Assembly: GCA_903916665.1 (NCBI GenBank) | Contig: CAIWXP010000114.1 | Location: 1 to 18,579, forward strand | Reading direction: 5' to 3' | Source of the DNA: Candidatus Iainarchaeum sp. | GTDB lineage: Archaea > Iainarchaeota > Iainarchaeia > Iainarchaeales > 0-14-0-20-30-16 | Length of the DNA stretch: 18,579 bases | Shown: positions 1-8,171 of the stretch, in pieces | Layout of the letters: each line of letters begins with the position of its first letter | Numbering within the stretch: position 1 is the stretch's first letter | Position numbers and translations under genes: made by a program | Notes under the pieces: generated by a model | The model's input: only the letters and a program-made list of their open reading frames with translations | The model's database searches: none | Told to the model about the DNA's origin: nothing

Positions 1-2
1 AA

Positions 3-971
3 ATGGTGCAAAAAGAGCAAAATAATTTACCCTGGGTAGAAAAATATAGACCCAATACTTTGGAGTCTGTTTTTGGAAATAAACAGGTTATTTCAAGATT
101 AAAAAAATATGGTGAAGATAAAAATTTGCCCAATATGATATTTGCTGGTAGCGCAGGTACTGGAAAAACTACTTCTGCTTTGGCTTTGGCAAGACTATTA
201 TTTAAAGAAAATGCAGAACGAAATTTTTTAGAATTAAATGCTTCCGATGATAGAGGAATTGATGTTGTTAGAAAAACAATAAAAGATTTTGCAAGAACTT
301 TGCCTTTAGATGCAGATTTTAAAATAATTTTTTTAGATGAGGCTGATGCTTTAACAAATGAGGCACAACAGGCTCTTCGTAGAACCATGGAAAAATATAC
401 AAAAACATGTAGATTTATTTTATCCTGTAATTATTCCTCAAAAATTATTGAACCCATTCAATCAAGATGTGTTGTTTTTCGTTTTAAACCCTTAGAAAAA
501 GAAGCAGTTATTGAAAGATTAGAAGAAGTTGTGAAATTAGAGAAATTAAAAATTGATTCTAAAGCAGCAAATGCAATATTCTATGTTTCTTTGGGGGATA
601 TGAGAAAAGCAATTAATATTTTACAAGCCTGCAGTACTTTGGATTCATCAATTAATGAACAGGATGTTTATAATGTTAGTTCAAGGGCAAGACCTGAAGA
701 AGTAAAGAAAATGATCCTATTAGCAAAGGATGGAAAATTTAAAGAATCAAGAGATAATTTATATAAATTAATGTTTGAATATGGAATGTCCGGAGAAGAT
801 ATAATTAATCAAGTTTATAGAGAAGTTATTGATTTTTCAGAAGATCAAATTAGTATAAAAGATAGAGTTAAATTAATAGAAATAATTAGTGAAATAAATT
901 TCAGAGTTTCTGAAGGTGCAAACGATAAATTGCAAATCGAAGCAATGCTTGCAATGTTTAATATAAAATAA
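3..971 (+). CDS. rfcS: Replication factor C small subunit (AAA+ clamp loader)
   Basis: 322-aa ORF with the RFC box 'PWVEKYRP', Walker A 'GSAGTGKTT', Walker B 'FLDEADALT' and the 'SRC' motif ('IQSRC'). Length and motif order match archaeal RfcS. The ATG at 3 makes it apparently complete. Confidence 0.93.
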   Translation: MVQKEQNNLPWVEKYRPNTLESVFGNKQVISRLKKYGEDKNLPNMIFAGSAGTGKTTSALALARLLFKENAERNFLELNASDDRGIDVVRKTIKDFARTLPLDADFKIIFLDEADALTNEAQQALRRTMEKYTKTCRFILSCNYSSKIIEPIQSRCVVFRFKPLEKEAVIERLEEVVKLEKLKIDSKAANAIFYVSLGDMRKAINILQACSTLDSSINEQDVYNVSSRARPEEVKKMILLAKDGKFKESRDNLYKLMFEYGMSGEDIINQVYREVIDFSEDQISIKDRVKLIEIISEINFRVSEGANDKLQIEAMLAMFNIK

Positions 972-995
972 AGAAATATATTTTTTGGTGATTTA

Positions 996-2672
996 ATGGG
1001 TGAAGTTTTAGGGGATCTTTTTAAGGATGAAAAAAAGAAATCAGTAAGATCAGTATCTAATGAAGATGTTGCAAGAGAATTGCAGGATGTTATTAATAGT
1101 CCCAAGAAAATAGTTTTGCCAGAGCAAGAAGAAGAACCAAAGGATGTTGAAATCCAAAAAATAGATTCAAAACATTTTGATGATTTAAAAAATGCAATTG
1201 ATGCAACAAAAGGAATTAAATCAGATTCTATAGATGATAGCCAAAAAACAATTATTGCAAAATATAACCAAGTAACAATTTTTAAAATTGCAAATTCTCC
1301 TCTTTTACACTACGAAATACCCGTACCAAAAGCAAACACCAGTGAACAGGACATTATCAACACAATAAAAGAAGCTGCAACAAGAATTATTTCTTTAGCG
1401 CCCTATAAAATTAGAGATGAAAAACAAAGATGGAATGTTTATTACCAAAAAGTAATGGAAATAATTACATCTAGTCCAGAATTAAAAATACCTGAAGGAA
1501 TGGCTAGTTTTTATGCAGAAAGTGTTGTTAGAGAAATGGTTGGTTTTGGTAAAATTGATTTGTTATTAAAAGATGATTTATTAGAAGAAATTATGATTAT
1601 TGGACCCAATGTACCAGTCTACGTTTTTCATAGACAATACGAAATGATGACTACAAATATTATTTTTTATACTGATAAAGAAATTCAGGATATTGTGGGA
1701 AGAGTAGCAAGATATGCTGGAAGAAGAATAGATTATTCTCAACCATTATTGGATGCTCGTTTACCAGATGGTTCAAGAGTAAATGCAACTTTACCTCCTG
1801 CTTCTGTTGAAGGTTCAACATTAACTGTAAGAAAGTTTAGAGAGGACCCCTATACAATTATTGATTTAATAAATCATAAAACTTTGGATTCCTATGTTGC
1901 TGGTTTTTTATGGACCTGTGTTGAAGGATTAAGTGTTAAACCTGCAAATATTGTTATTTCTGGAGGAACTGGATCTGGAAAAACAACAACTTTGAATGTT
2001 TTATGTTCTTTGATACCAGAATACGAAAGAATAATTTCAATTGAAGATACTGCTGAGTTAAACCTTCCTTTAAAACATTGGATTAGATTAGAAGCTAGAC
2101 CTCCTGGAATTGAAGGTACTGGTGAAATTACATTGGAAATGTTAACAAAGAATGCGTTGCGTATGCGACCTGATAGAATAATTGTTGGTGAAGTTAGAGG
2201 TCCAGAAGCAGAAGCATTATTTACTGCGATGAATACAGGACATGACGGTTCAATGGGAACGTTGCACGCAAATTCAAGTGATGAAACCGTTGTTCGTATA
2301 ACTAGTCCTCCAATGAGTGTTCCTAAAATGATGTTAGCTGGATTAGATATGATTATTGTTCAAAATAGATTACATGATAGACGAAAAGGAACAATAAGAA
2401 GAATTGTTGAAATTTCTGAAGTTTCGGGAGTAATAGAAGAACAGGTTAAAACACAAAGAATTTTTGAATGGGACCCAAAAAGAGATAAATTATTTGATAC
2501 ATCAATTCCTTCTAGAGTGTTAAAAAATATTTCAACCTATTCTGGAAGAACTTCTCAAAATATAAAAGATGAAATTGATAATAGAGCACAATTTTTTGAT
2601 TTATTATTAGAAAAAAATATTAGAAAAAAAGAAGAGTTAGCAACCTATATTGCAAAATATTTTGAATCATAA
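996..2672 (+). CDS. Type IV pilus / type II-IV secretion family ATPase (archaeal EpdL/PilB/ArlI, bacterial TadA-like)
   Basis: 558-aa ORF. Walker A 'GGTGSGKTT' (nt 1962-1988), Asp/Walker B region 'RPDRIIVGEVRG' and His box 'GHDGSMGTLHAN'. A 'GGTGAT' Shine-Dalgarno motif lies 3 nt upstream of the ATG. The N-terminal ~100 aa are K/E/D-rich and low complexity. Confidence 0.92.
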   Translation: MGEVLGDLFKDEKKKSVRSVSNEDVARELQDVINSPKKIVLPEQEEEPKDVEIQKIDSKHFDDLKNAIDATKGIKSDSIDDSQKTIIAKYNQVTIFKIANSPLLHYEIPVPKANTSEQDIINTIKEAATRIISLAPYKIRDEKQRWNVYYQKVMEIITSSPELKIPEGMASFYAESVVREMVGFGKIDLLLKDDLLEEIMIIGPNVPVYVFHRQYEMMTTNIIFYTDKEIQDIVGRVARYAGRRIDYSQPLLDARLPDGSRVNATLPPASVEGSTLTVRKFREDPYTIIDLINHKTLDSYVAGFLWTCVEGLSVKPANIVISGGTGSGKTTTLNVLCSLIPEYERIISIEDTAELNLPLKHWIRLEARPPGIEGTGEITLEMLTKNALRMRPDRIIVGEVRGPEAEALFTAMNTGHDGSMGTLHANSSDETVVRITSPPMSVPKMMLAGLDMIIVQNRLHDRRKGTIRRIVEISEVSGVIEEQVKTQRIFEWDPKRDKLFDTSIPSRVLKNISTYSGRTSQNIKDEIDNRAQFFDLLLEKNIRKKEELATYIAKYFES

Positions 2673-3815
2673 GTGAATCCTATGGCATATAATCAAACAT
2701 TTGTAAACGACACAAGTAAAAATAAAGTGGAAATTCAAGAACACTTGGACATGACTAAAGTCGATGCAATAGTTTCAAGAATAAAATCAAAATATGAAAA
2801 ACAGGGATTATTGGAAGATCCAGATTCAAAAAATTTGAGAGAATTGAGAGGGTTAATTGCAGAAGGTAAAAGAGCAAAAATAGAAATATTGAAACCATCT
2901 GATTTGAGCTATAGTTTTAATCCTTTAGTAAGAAAAGTTGGTGAAATTTATACTAAATTTAGCAAGTTCTTTGATTTCATTTCAAAGAAAATATTAAGTG
3001 CTATGCCAGAATCAAAACTATTGGCCTATGAACTATATTCTGCAGATATGAATTATAGTGTTTCACAATATTTGGCAATATCTTCTGTGATATTATTTTT
3101 TGTAAATACAATATTAATAATCGCATTTTTTGCAATATTTTTATTATTGGGCATTACATTTTTGGTTCCCTTAGCATTAACTATAATGTTATTTATTGCA
3201 AGTATATTTGTTGTTTTAAAATACCCTACGTCAGTTGCAAAAAAAAGAGCAAAGGAAATAGATACACAATTACCTTTTGCATTAAGACACATGGCAACAT
3301 TATTAAGAGCGGGTGTTGATTTATATAAAGTAATTAGAACAGTGGCCGTTGCAGACTACGGTGTTTTATCTCAAGAATTAACAAAAACAGTAATGGAAGT
3401 TGAGGAAGGGCAGGATATTAAAGATTCTTTAAGGGCTTTGGCATTAAGAACTAAGTCCTTTGCTTTAAAAAACGCAGTAAGTCATTTATTACGAGCATTG
3501 AAAAGCGGGGGAAATTTATCTGACGTAATGAATACAATTGCCGACGATGTATCCTACCAAATATTATCAGAAATAGAATCTTTTTCTGGTAAAATGAATT
3601 TTTTGGGAGTAATTTATATTTTTGCAGGAATTGTTGTTCCTGTAATGACTGCAATATTATCAGGAATAAGAAATGCACCATTAGGATCTGGGACTTCTTT
3701 CCTAGATGCTTTGCCATTAACTCCAGTAGTAATAATGTTATTATTTTTAGTTGCATTTCCAATTATGTTATTTGCAATAACAATGTATGTAAAAAGTATA
3801 AGACCAAATTTGTAG
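2673..3815 (+). CDS. Pilus platform membrane protein 1, single T2SSF domain (TadB/TadC/EpdJ-K-like)
   Basis: 380-aa ORF starting directly after the ATPase stop (TAA-GTG; alternative ATG at 2682). It has a cytoplasmic N-terminus, paired TM helices, the T2SSF-like segment 'LPFALRHMATLLRAGVDLYKVIRTVA' and C-terminal TM helices. Confidence 0.8.
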   Translation: MNPMAYNQTFVNDTSKNKVEIQEHLDMTKVDAIVSRIKSKYEKQGLLEDPDSKNLRELRGLIAEGKRAKIEILKPSDLSYSFNPLVRKVGEIYTKFSKFFDFISKKILSAMPESKLLAYELYSADMNYSVSQYLAISSVILFFVNTILIIAFFAIFLLLGITFLVPLALTIMLFIASIFVVLKYPTSVAKKRAKEIDTQLPFALRHMATLLRAGVDLYKVIRTVAVADYGVLSQELTKTVMEVEEGQDIKDSLRALALRTKSFALKNAVSHLLRALKSGGNLSDVMNTIADDVSYQILSEIESFSGKMNFLGVIYIFAGIVVPVMTAILSGIRNAPLGSGTSFLDALPLTPVVIMLLFLVAFPIMLFAITMYVKSIRPNL

Positions 3816-3822
3816 TGAGACT

Positions 3823-4731
3823 ATGTTTAATATAAAATTAATGATGGAAAAATATCAAACAATAATGTATAAAAATAAAATCAAGGTAAATATTAATCTT
3901 TGGTTTTTAATTGCAGGAATTTCTGGAATAGTCTTGATGATTTTGACCATGATTTTTGCAAACATAGTTTTAGGTTTGGTTGCTTTATTTTTTGTGGTAG
4001 ATTTATTTATTGGTTATCCATTAATTTTAGATGAGAAAAGAATTTCAGAAATAGAAAAGAATTTTCCAAATGCTTTAAGAGAAATTGCCTATTTATTAAA
4101 AACAGGTGGCACCTACGAATATGCTATAAGAGAATTAACTAGCTATGATTATGGCCCATTAAATGATGAATTAGAAAATGTTTTATTAAGATTAGAACAG
4201 GGATATAATTTTGAAGATTCATTAAATATAATTTCTGAAAATGTAGAATCAAATATTGTTAGAAAAACAATTGCTATTGTTATTGATTCTATTAAATCTG
4301 GTGCATCGTTGTCTGATATTTTAGAAGATCTTTCAGAAGATATGAGAAAATTATATAAATTAGAAATTGATAGAAAATCAAAAACAATAATGCAAATGTT
4401 ATTTATTTTCGCAGCGGGTGTATTAATTGCTCCCGCAATCTATGGATTAGTAGTAACATTAATTGATTTCCTAATGAGTGTAACCATAGGTGCAGGTTTA
4501 ACTTCTGCTGCAGTAGCTGCTCAAGCAGTTGGTGTTAGAGATCTATTAGAAAACGTTCTATTAATTTTTATTTTTATACAATCTTTGTCTTCGGCAGTAA
4601 TTGTAATATTAATGAGAGAAAGAAGCTATGCAAAAATTTTGTTATATTTGCCAATATTTTTGTTGTGTGCCTACACTGCGTTCTATGTTGTTATGTTTTT
4701 ATCGAAATATTTATTAATTGGAATGATGTAA
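3823..4731 (+). CDS. Pilus platform membrane protein 2, single T2SSF domain (TadB/TadC/EpdJ-K-like)
   Basis: 302-aa ORF with N-terminal TM pair, T2SSF-like 'FPNALREIAYLLKTGGTYEYAIREL' and C-terminal TM helices. It is a paralogue of the preceding gene, so the platform is split into two genes. Confidence 0.8.
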   Translation: MFNIKLMMEKYQTIMYKNKIKVNINLWFLIAGISGIVLMILTMIFANIVLGLVALFFVVDLFIGYPLILDEKRISEIEKNFPNALREIAYLLKTGGTYEYAIRELTSYDYGPLNDELENVLLRLEQGYNFEDSLNIISENVESNIVRKTIAIVIDSIKSGASLSDILEDLSEDMRKLYKLEIDRKSKTIMQMLFIFAAGVLIAPAIYGLVVTLIDFLMSVTIGAGLTSAAVAAQAVGVRDLLENVLLIFIFIQSLSSAVIVILMRERSYAKILLYLPIFLLCAYTAFYVVMFLSKYLLIGMM

Positions 4732-4746
4732 TTTTAGTGATAGTTT

Positions 4747-4926
4747 ATGAATAAAATTAAGTTTTTAAAGGAAAATAAAGCACAAACGGCTTTAGAAGTT
4801 ATTTTAATTGTTGGTGGCGTATTAGTATTGGTAACTGTCATAGGTTATTATTTAAAAACAAAGGTAGTAGAAACACAGGATACTAATAAACTTATTGACA
4901 TTATGAATAAAACAGCTGGAAAATAA
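4747..4926 (+). CDS. Mini-pilin 1, class III signal peptide protein (59 aa; not in ORF track)
   Basis: Hand translation: MNKIKFLKENKAQTALEVILIVGGVLVLVTVIGYYLKTKVVETQDTNKLIDIMNKTAGK. It has a basic leader, a predicted cut 'KA|QTALE' with Glu at +5, and a hydrophobic helix. A partial SD 'GTGAT' lies upstream. The 5' end is near-identical to the next gene. Confidence 0.8.
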   Translation: MNKIKFLKENKAQTALEVILIVGGVLVLVTVIGYYLKTKVVETQDTNKLIDIMNKTAGK

Positions 4927-4955
4927 TATTTATAAATTATATTGGGGGAATTAAA

Positions 4956-5165
4956 ATGGGAAGAGAAGCAATAAAATTTTTAAAAGAAAATAAAGCACAG
5001 GGTGCTTTGGAATATCTATTAATTATAGGTGGTGCGATAGTATTAGCTGCAATAGTAATTGCAATTGTTGTTAATGTTGCTAGTAAACCAAAAACAGATA
5101 TAAACACATATTCGAATCAATATGATCAAACATTAGCAGATGCAAATAAGAATTTACAAAAATAA
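4956..5165 (+). CDS. Mini-pilin 2, class III signal peptide protein (69 aa)
   Basis: 'MGREAIKFLKENKA|QGALEYLLIIGGAIVLAAIVIAIVV' shows a class III signal with Gln+1, Glu+5 and Tyr+6. A G-rich SD ('TGGGGGA') lies upstream. Confidence 0.85.
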   Translation: MGREAIKFLKENKAQGALEYLLIIGGAIVLAAIVIAIVVNVASKPKTDINTYSNQYDQTLADANKNLQK

Positions 5166-5177
5166 ATAGGTGCATTT

Positions 5178-5357
5178 ATGTTTTTAAAAGAAAAGAGGGC
5201 TCAGGTATCGTTTGAGTACCTCTTAACTATTGTTTTTGCAATTGTTTTGGTTGCAATAGTTACTGTGTTTGCTTTACAAATGCAGGGTATTGGAAACATC
5301 GCTAAAGATAGAATAGCAGAAACAAAAATAAAATATTTTGAGAAAATTTTTGGCTGA
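5178..5357 (+). CDS. Mini-pilin 3, class III signal peptide protein (59 aa; not in ORF track)
   Basis: Hand translation: MFLKEKRAQVSFEYLLTIVFAIVLVAIVTVFALQMQGIGNIAKDRIAETKIKYFEKIFG. Predicted cut 'RA|QVSFEY'. SD 'AGGTG' lies 6 nt upstream. Confidence 0.8.
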   Translation: MFLKEKRAQVSFEYLLTIVFAIVLVAIVTVFALQMQGIGNIAKDRIAETKIKYFEKIFG

Positions 5358-5362
5358 ATGAT

Positions 5363-6484
5363 ATGTATGAATATTTGGTTATTAATGCAGCAATTGTTTT
5401 TATTGCATTGTTTTATTCAACAATAACTGATATTCGTTCAAGAGAAGTTTCAAACTATATTTCTTTAGGATTATTAGCCTATGGAACAGTTGCGAATTCA
5501 ATTTATTATCTTATAACAAAAAGTTATTTGTCAACTATTTATTTTTTAATTTTTGTTGCATTAACTTTTTTAATTTGCTATTTATTTTGGAAGCTAGGAA
5601 TATTTGCCGGTGGTGATGCTAAATTATATTCTGGAATTGCCGCAACCATTCCCATATTAAATATTTCATTGATTAATAACGTGAGTTCACAGATTCCATT
5701 TGTATTGTCTTTATTTTTATTGTCAATTATTTTAATGTTGCCCATAGCTGTTGGAAAATTAATTATTGGTTATTTTAAGAGTGTTAAAATAAAAGAGTTT
5801 GTTTTAAAAAATATTAAAGAAAGTGCATTAAAGTTTATTTTAAATATAACCTACGTTGTAGCATTGTATTTTATTTTTTCATTTTTTCATTATCCTCTCT
5901 GGATGTTTTTAATAGTTTCAATAATATTGGGTTTTATACCCAAAATAATTAGATATCCTATATCAGTAATATTATTTGTTGTTTCTTTATTGTTAAATCC
6001 ATTAAATACATTTTATATTATGATATTTTCAATAATTGCAGCATTTATTTTAGGTTTAATAATAAAAATGTTTGTTTTGTCTAGATCTGGAGTATTAAAT
6101 TACTCTAAAAATGTTTCAGAATTAGTTGATGGTGACCTATTGGCACATCCTTTAATAAAAAACAATAAAGGGAAATATGAAGATTTAAAATTTAGTTTTT
6201 GGAATGAATTTAAGTTAGCCTTTAAAAAAAGCTTAAAAGAGGGCCCAAATGCTCTAAATTCTATGTTAAATAGGAGAAAGGATTTATATTCCAAAATTGT
6301 TATTAATAATAACTTGGCTTGCGGTTTAACTTTGGACGAGGTTAAATTATTAAAAATGCATTATATTGATGATAAAATAGAGTTAAAAGAAACTACTCCT
6401 TTGGTACCGAGTATTTTTTTAGCCTATGTTTTGATGATTTGTTTTGGTGATGTGGTATGGCTTCTGTTTTCTTTAATAAAATAA
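5363..6484 (+). CDS. Prepilin/preflagellin-type aspartyl signal peptidase (A24 family; EppA/FlaK/PibD-like) with long C-terminal extension
   Basis: 373-aa polytopic membrane ORF. The first catalytic Asp context is 'ITDIRSREVSN' and the second is the GxGD-type 'FAGGDAKLY'. It sits between pilin genes. About 280 aa follow the second Asp, including a K-rich soluble-looking stretch. Confidence 0.85.
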   Translation: MYEYLVINAAIVFIALFYSTITDIRSREVSNYISLGLLAYGTVANSIYYLITKSYLSTIYFLIFVALTFLICYLFWKLGIFAGGDAKLYSGIAATIPILNISLINNVSSQIPFVLSLFLLSIILMLPIAVGKLIIGYFKSVKIKEFVLKNIKESALKFILNITYVVALYFIFSFFHYPLWMFLIVSIILGFIPKIIRYPISVILFVVSLLLNPLNTFYIMIFSIIAAFILGLIIKMFVLSRSGVLNYSKNVSELVDGDLLAHPLIKNNKGKYEDLKFSFWNEFKLAFKKSLKEGPNALNSMLNRRKDLYSKIVINNNLACGLTLDEVKLLKMHYIDDKIELKETTPLVPSIFLAYVLMICFGDVVWLLFSLIK

Positions 6485-7038
6485 ATGACAAAGGACAACT
6501 AAGTGTTGAGTTTATTTTAATTATTTTGGTAGTACTAATTTTGATAGAAGTTATTATATTGCCTTTAAGAGATTATTCTGAAGCAAGTATGAAAGATATA
6601 ACTAATATTAGTTACTTAGAATCAAATATGCAAAAACTTCAACAAGCCATTAGTGATTTAAACAGTTATAGTGAAGGCAAATTAGAAGTTAAATTGCATA
6701 TACCCGAAGATAGTAATTTTTACATTCATTCCTATAGTCTTTTGTACACTGATGTTTGGACCTATGTGTCCTATAATCAAATAATTTATTCTAATGATAT
6801 AAATGTTTCTGATTGCAATAATAATATTTGTCAAAAAGATATTTTTATTGGTGCTCTAGGGATTAATGCGCCCGATACTTTTACTTCTAATAAAAGAACC
6901 TGTACAGGAAGTGGGCATTATATAAATTGTGTTTTAATACCGATTAGTGATAGTGGATATTTTTTTAATGGTCCATTAGATCAAACAATAATTATGCAAA
7001 AATCATCAGATGGAAAAATTACTTTATACAGATCGTGA
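6457..7038 (+). CDS. Pilin-like protein A (class III signal, Gln+1 type)
   Basis: 193 aa; 'MASVFFNKINDKG|QLSVEFILIILVVLILI'. SD 'GGTGA' lies 6 nt upstream. It overlaps the peptidase 3' end by 28 nt. The globular part has Cys and N-x-S/T sequons. Confidence 0.7.
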   Translation: MASVFFNKINDKGQLSVEFILIILVVLILIEVIILPLRDYSEASMKDITNISYLESNMQKLQQAISDLNSYSEGKLEVKLHIPEDSNFYIHSYSLLYTDVWTYVSYNQIIYSNDINVSDCNNNICQKDIFIGALGINAPDTFTSNKRTCTGSGHYINCVLIPISDSGYFFNGPLDQTIIMQKSSDGKITLYRS

Positions 7039-7042
7039 TTTT

Positions 7043-7366
7043 ATGAATAAAGGACAAATATCAATAGATTTACTTTTAGCATTGGTTATGTTTTTAGTAA
7101 TGATTGGGTTTTTATTAAATTACACCAATGATTTTGTTTCTGTTTCTCAAGATTATCAAAGCAATGTTTCTGGTTTTAATAGTTATATTAAAAGCTATGA
7201 TTTTATGAAAAGTGTGAATTTTTCGCCAAATACTCATTATTTAATAAATTTTAATCAGGATATAAATTATGATAATAATGCATTAATTTTTGATTTAAAT
7301 AATAATTATACCATAGACCTAAATTATATTAATTGTGATAGTTTAAATAGGACGTGTCAAAAATGA
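7043..7366 (+). CDS. Pilin-like protein B (class III signal, Gln+1 type)
   Basis: The track ORF starts at 7010, but the internal ATG at 7043 follows the upstream stop (7036-7038) and gives 'MNKG|QISIDLLLALVMFLVMIGFLL'. 'GTGAT' lies just upstream. Confidence 0.65.
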   Translation: MNKGQISIDLLLALVMFLVMIGFLLNYTNDFVSVSQDYQSNVSGFNSYIKSYDFMKSVNFSPNTHYLINFNQDINYDNNALIFDLNNNYTIDLNYINCDSLNRTCQK

Positions 7367-7890
7367 ATAGAAAAGGATTTTTTATTTCTATTGATTTAAT
7401 AATAACTTTGGCAACCGTTATTTTATTATTTGGGTTATTAGGTGCCTATTTACATGAAGGCATTCAAGATTATGCAAACTATAAAGAAGATATTAAAATG
7501 CAATCAACAATGAACATTGTTATGAATAGATTGGCAGATTCAAATTATTCCTGTGATTTATATTCTAACAATGATGAAATAATTAAAAAAGTAAGTTTTT
7601 GTATACCATTTGGTAACAATATTAAAGGATTATTTTCTGACTTAGATTATAATATAAGTATGGGTTGTTATAGTTGTTTTAAAGGCGCTTGTTCTTTTGC
7701 GGGTTGTTTTGGTTATGCGCCTTTAGATCCATCAAAATCTAGTAATTATATTGCGAAAGATATTTATTTAATGGCGCCTAAAGCAAAGGGTTTGGCAAAA
7801 TATAATTATTTAAATTGTTTTTTAAATAAATGTACGGATATTTCTGGAAACGATATAAATACATTAGTGAGAGTATATGTTTGGAAATAG
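7363..7890 (+). CDS. Pilin-like protein C (class III-like signal, Cys-rich)
   Basis: The preferred start is the ATG at 7363 (ATGA overlap with the upstream stop), giving 'MNRKG|FFISIDLIITLATVILLFGLL'. There are about 10 Cys in the C-terminal part. Confidence 0.6.
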   Translation: MNRKGFFISIDLIITLATVILLFGLLGAYLHEGIQDYANYKEDIKMQSTMNIVMNRLADSNYSCDLYSNNDEIIKKVSFCIPFGNNIKGLFSDLDYNISMGCYSCFKGACSFAGCFGYAPLDPSKSSNYIAKDIYLMAPKAKGLAKYNYLNCFLNKCTDISGNDINTLVRVYVWK

Positions 7891-8167
7891 TAAAGGTTTA
7901 ATATTTATTTTGGATTTGATTGCGGCAGTAGCCGTAATAACTATTGCGTTGATATTTATTGTGCAGGTTAAACCTGAAAATACTTTGAAACAACAAAATG
8001 ATTTAGTATATTTAGAAGCACAAAATTATTTGATGCACGTACCTTTAACAAATACCTACGATATAAACAAAAATTACATCTGCAGAAATTATACTAGGCT
8101 ATATATTGCAACTTTGAATACTATGGTTAGTGAAGATAAAAACATATGTACAAATGTGATCGGGTGA
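7877..8167 (+). CDS. Pilin-like protein D (class III-like signal)
   Basis: 96 aa; 'MFGNSKG|LIFILDLIAAVAVITIALIFIV'. It overlaps the upstream gene by 14 nt. Confidence 0.55.
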   Translation: MFGNSKGLIFILDLIAAVAVITIALIFIVQVKPENTLKQQNDLVYLEAQNYLMHVPLTNTYDINKNYICRNYTRLYIATLNTMVSEDKNICTNVIG

Positions 8168-8171
8168 AATT

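Noticed and set aside
972-995. 'AAATATAT' plus T6 between rfcS and the ATPase gene as a promoter or terminator
   Set aside because: The TATA-like element is only ~18 nt from the ATG and upstream of a clear SD, so the spacing does not fit either a leadered or a leaderless start. T6 alone is weak. Co-transcription with rfcS, or a promoter inside rfcS, cannot be distinguished from sequence.
845-1105. 86-aa minus-strand track ORF overlapping the rfcS end and the ATPase start
   Set aside because: It is antisense to two well-supported genes, its composition is low complexity, and it has no SD or promoter. It is an artefact of AT-rich DNA.
3053-3762. Track ORFs 3053-3292(-) and 3451-3762(-)
   Set aside because: Both are antisense within the T2SSF platform gene and show no motifs. 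They are spurious.
6100-6294. 64-aa minus-strand ORF inside the prepilin peptidase gene
   Set aside because: It is antisense to a supported CDS, with no independent signals.
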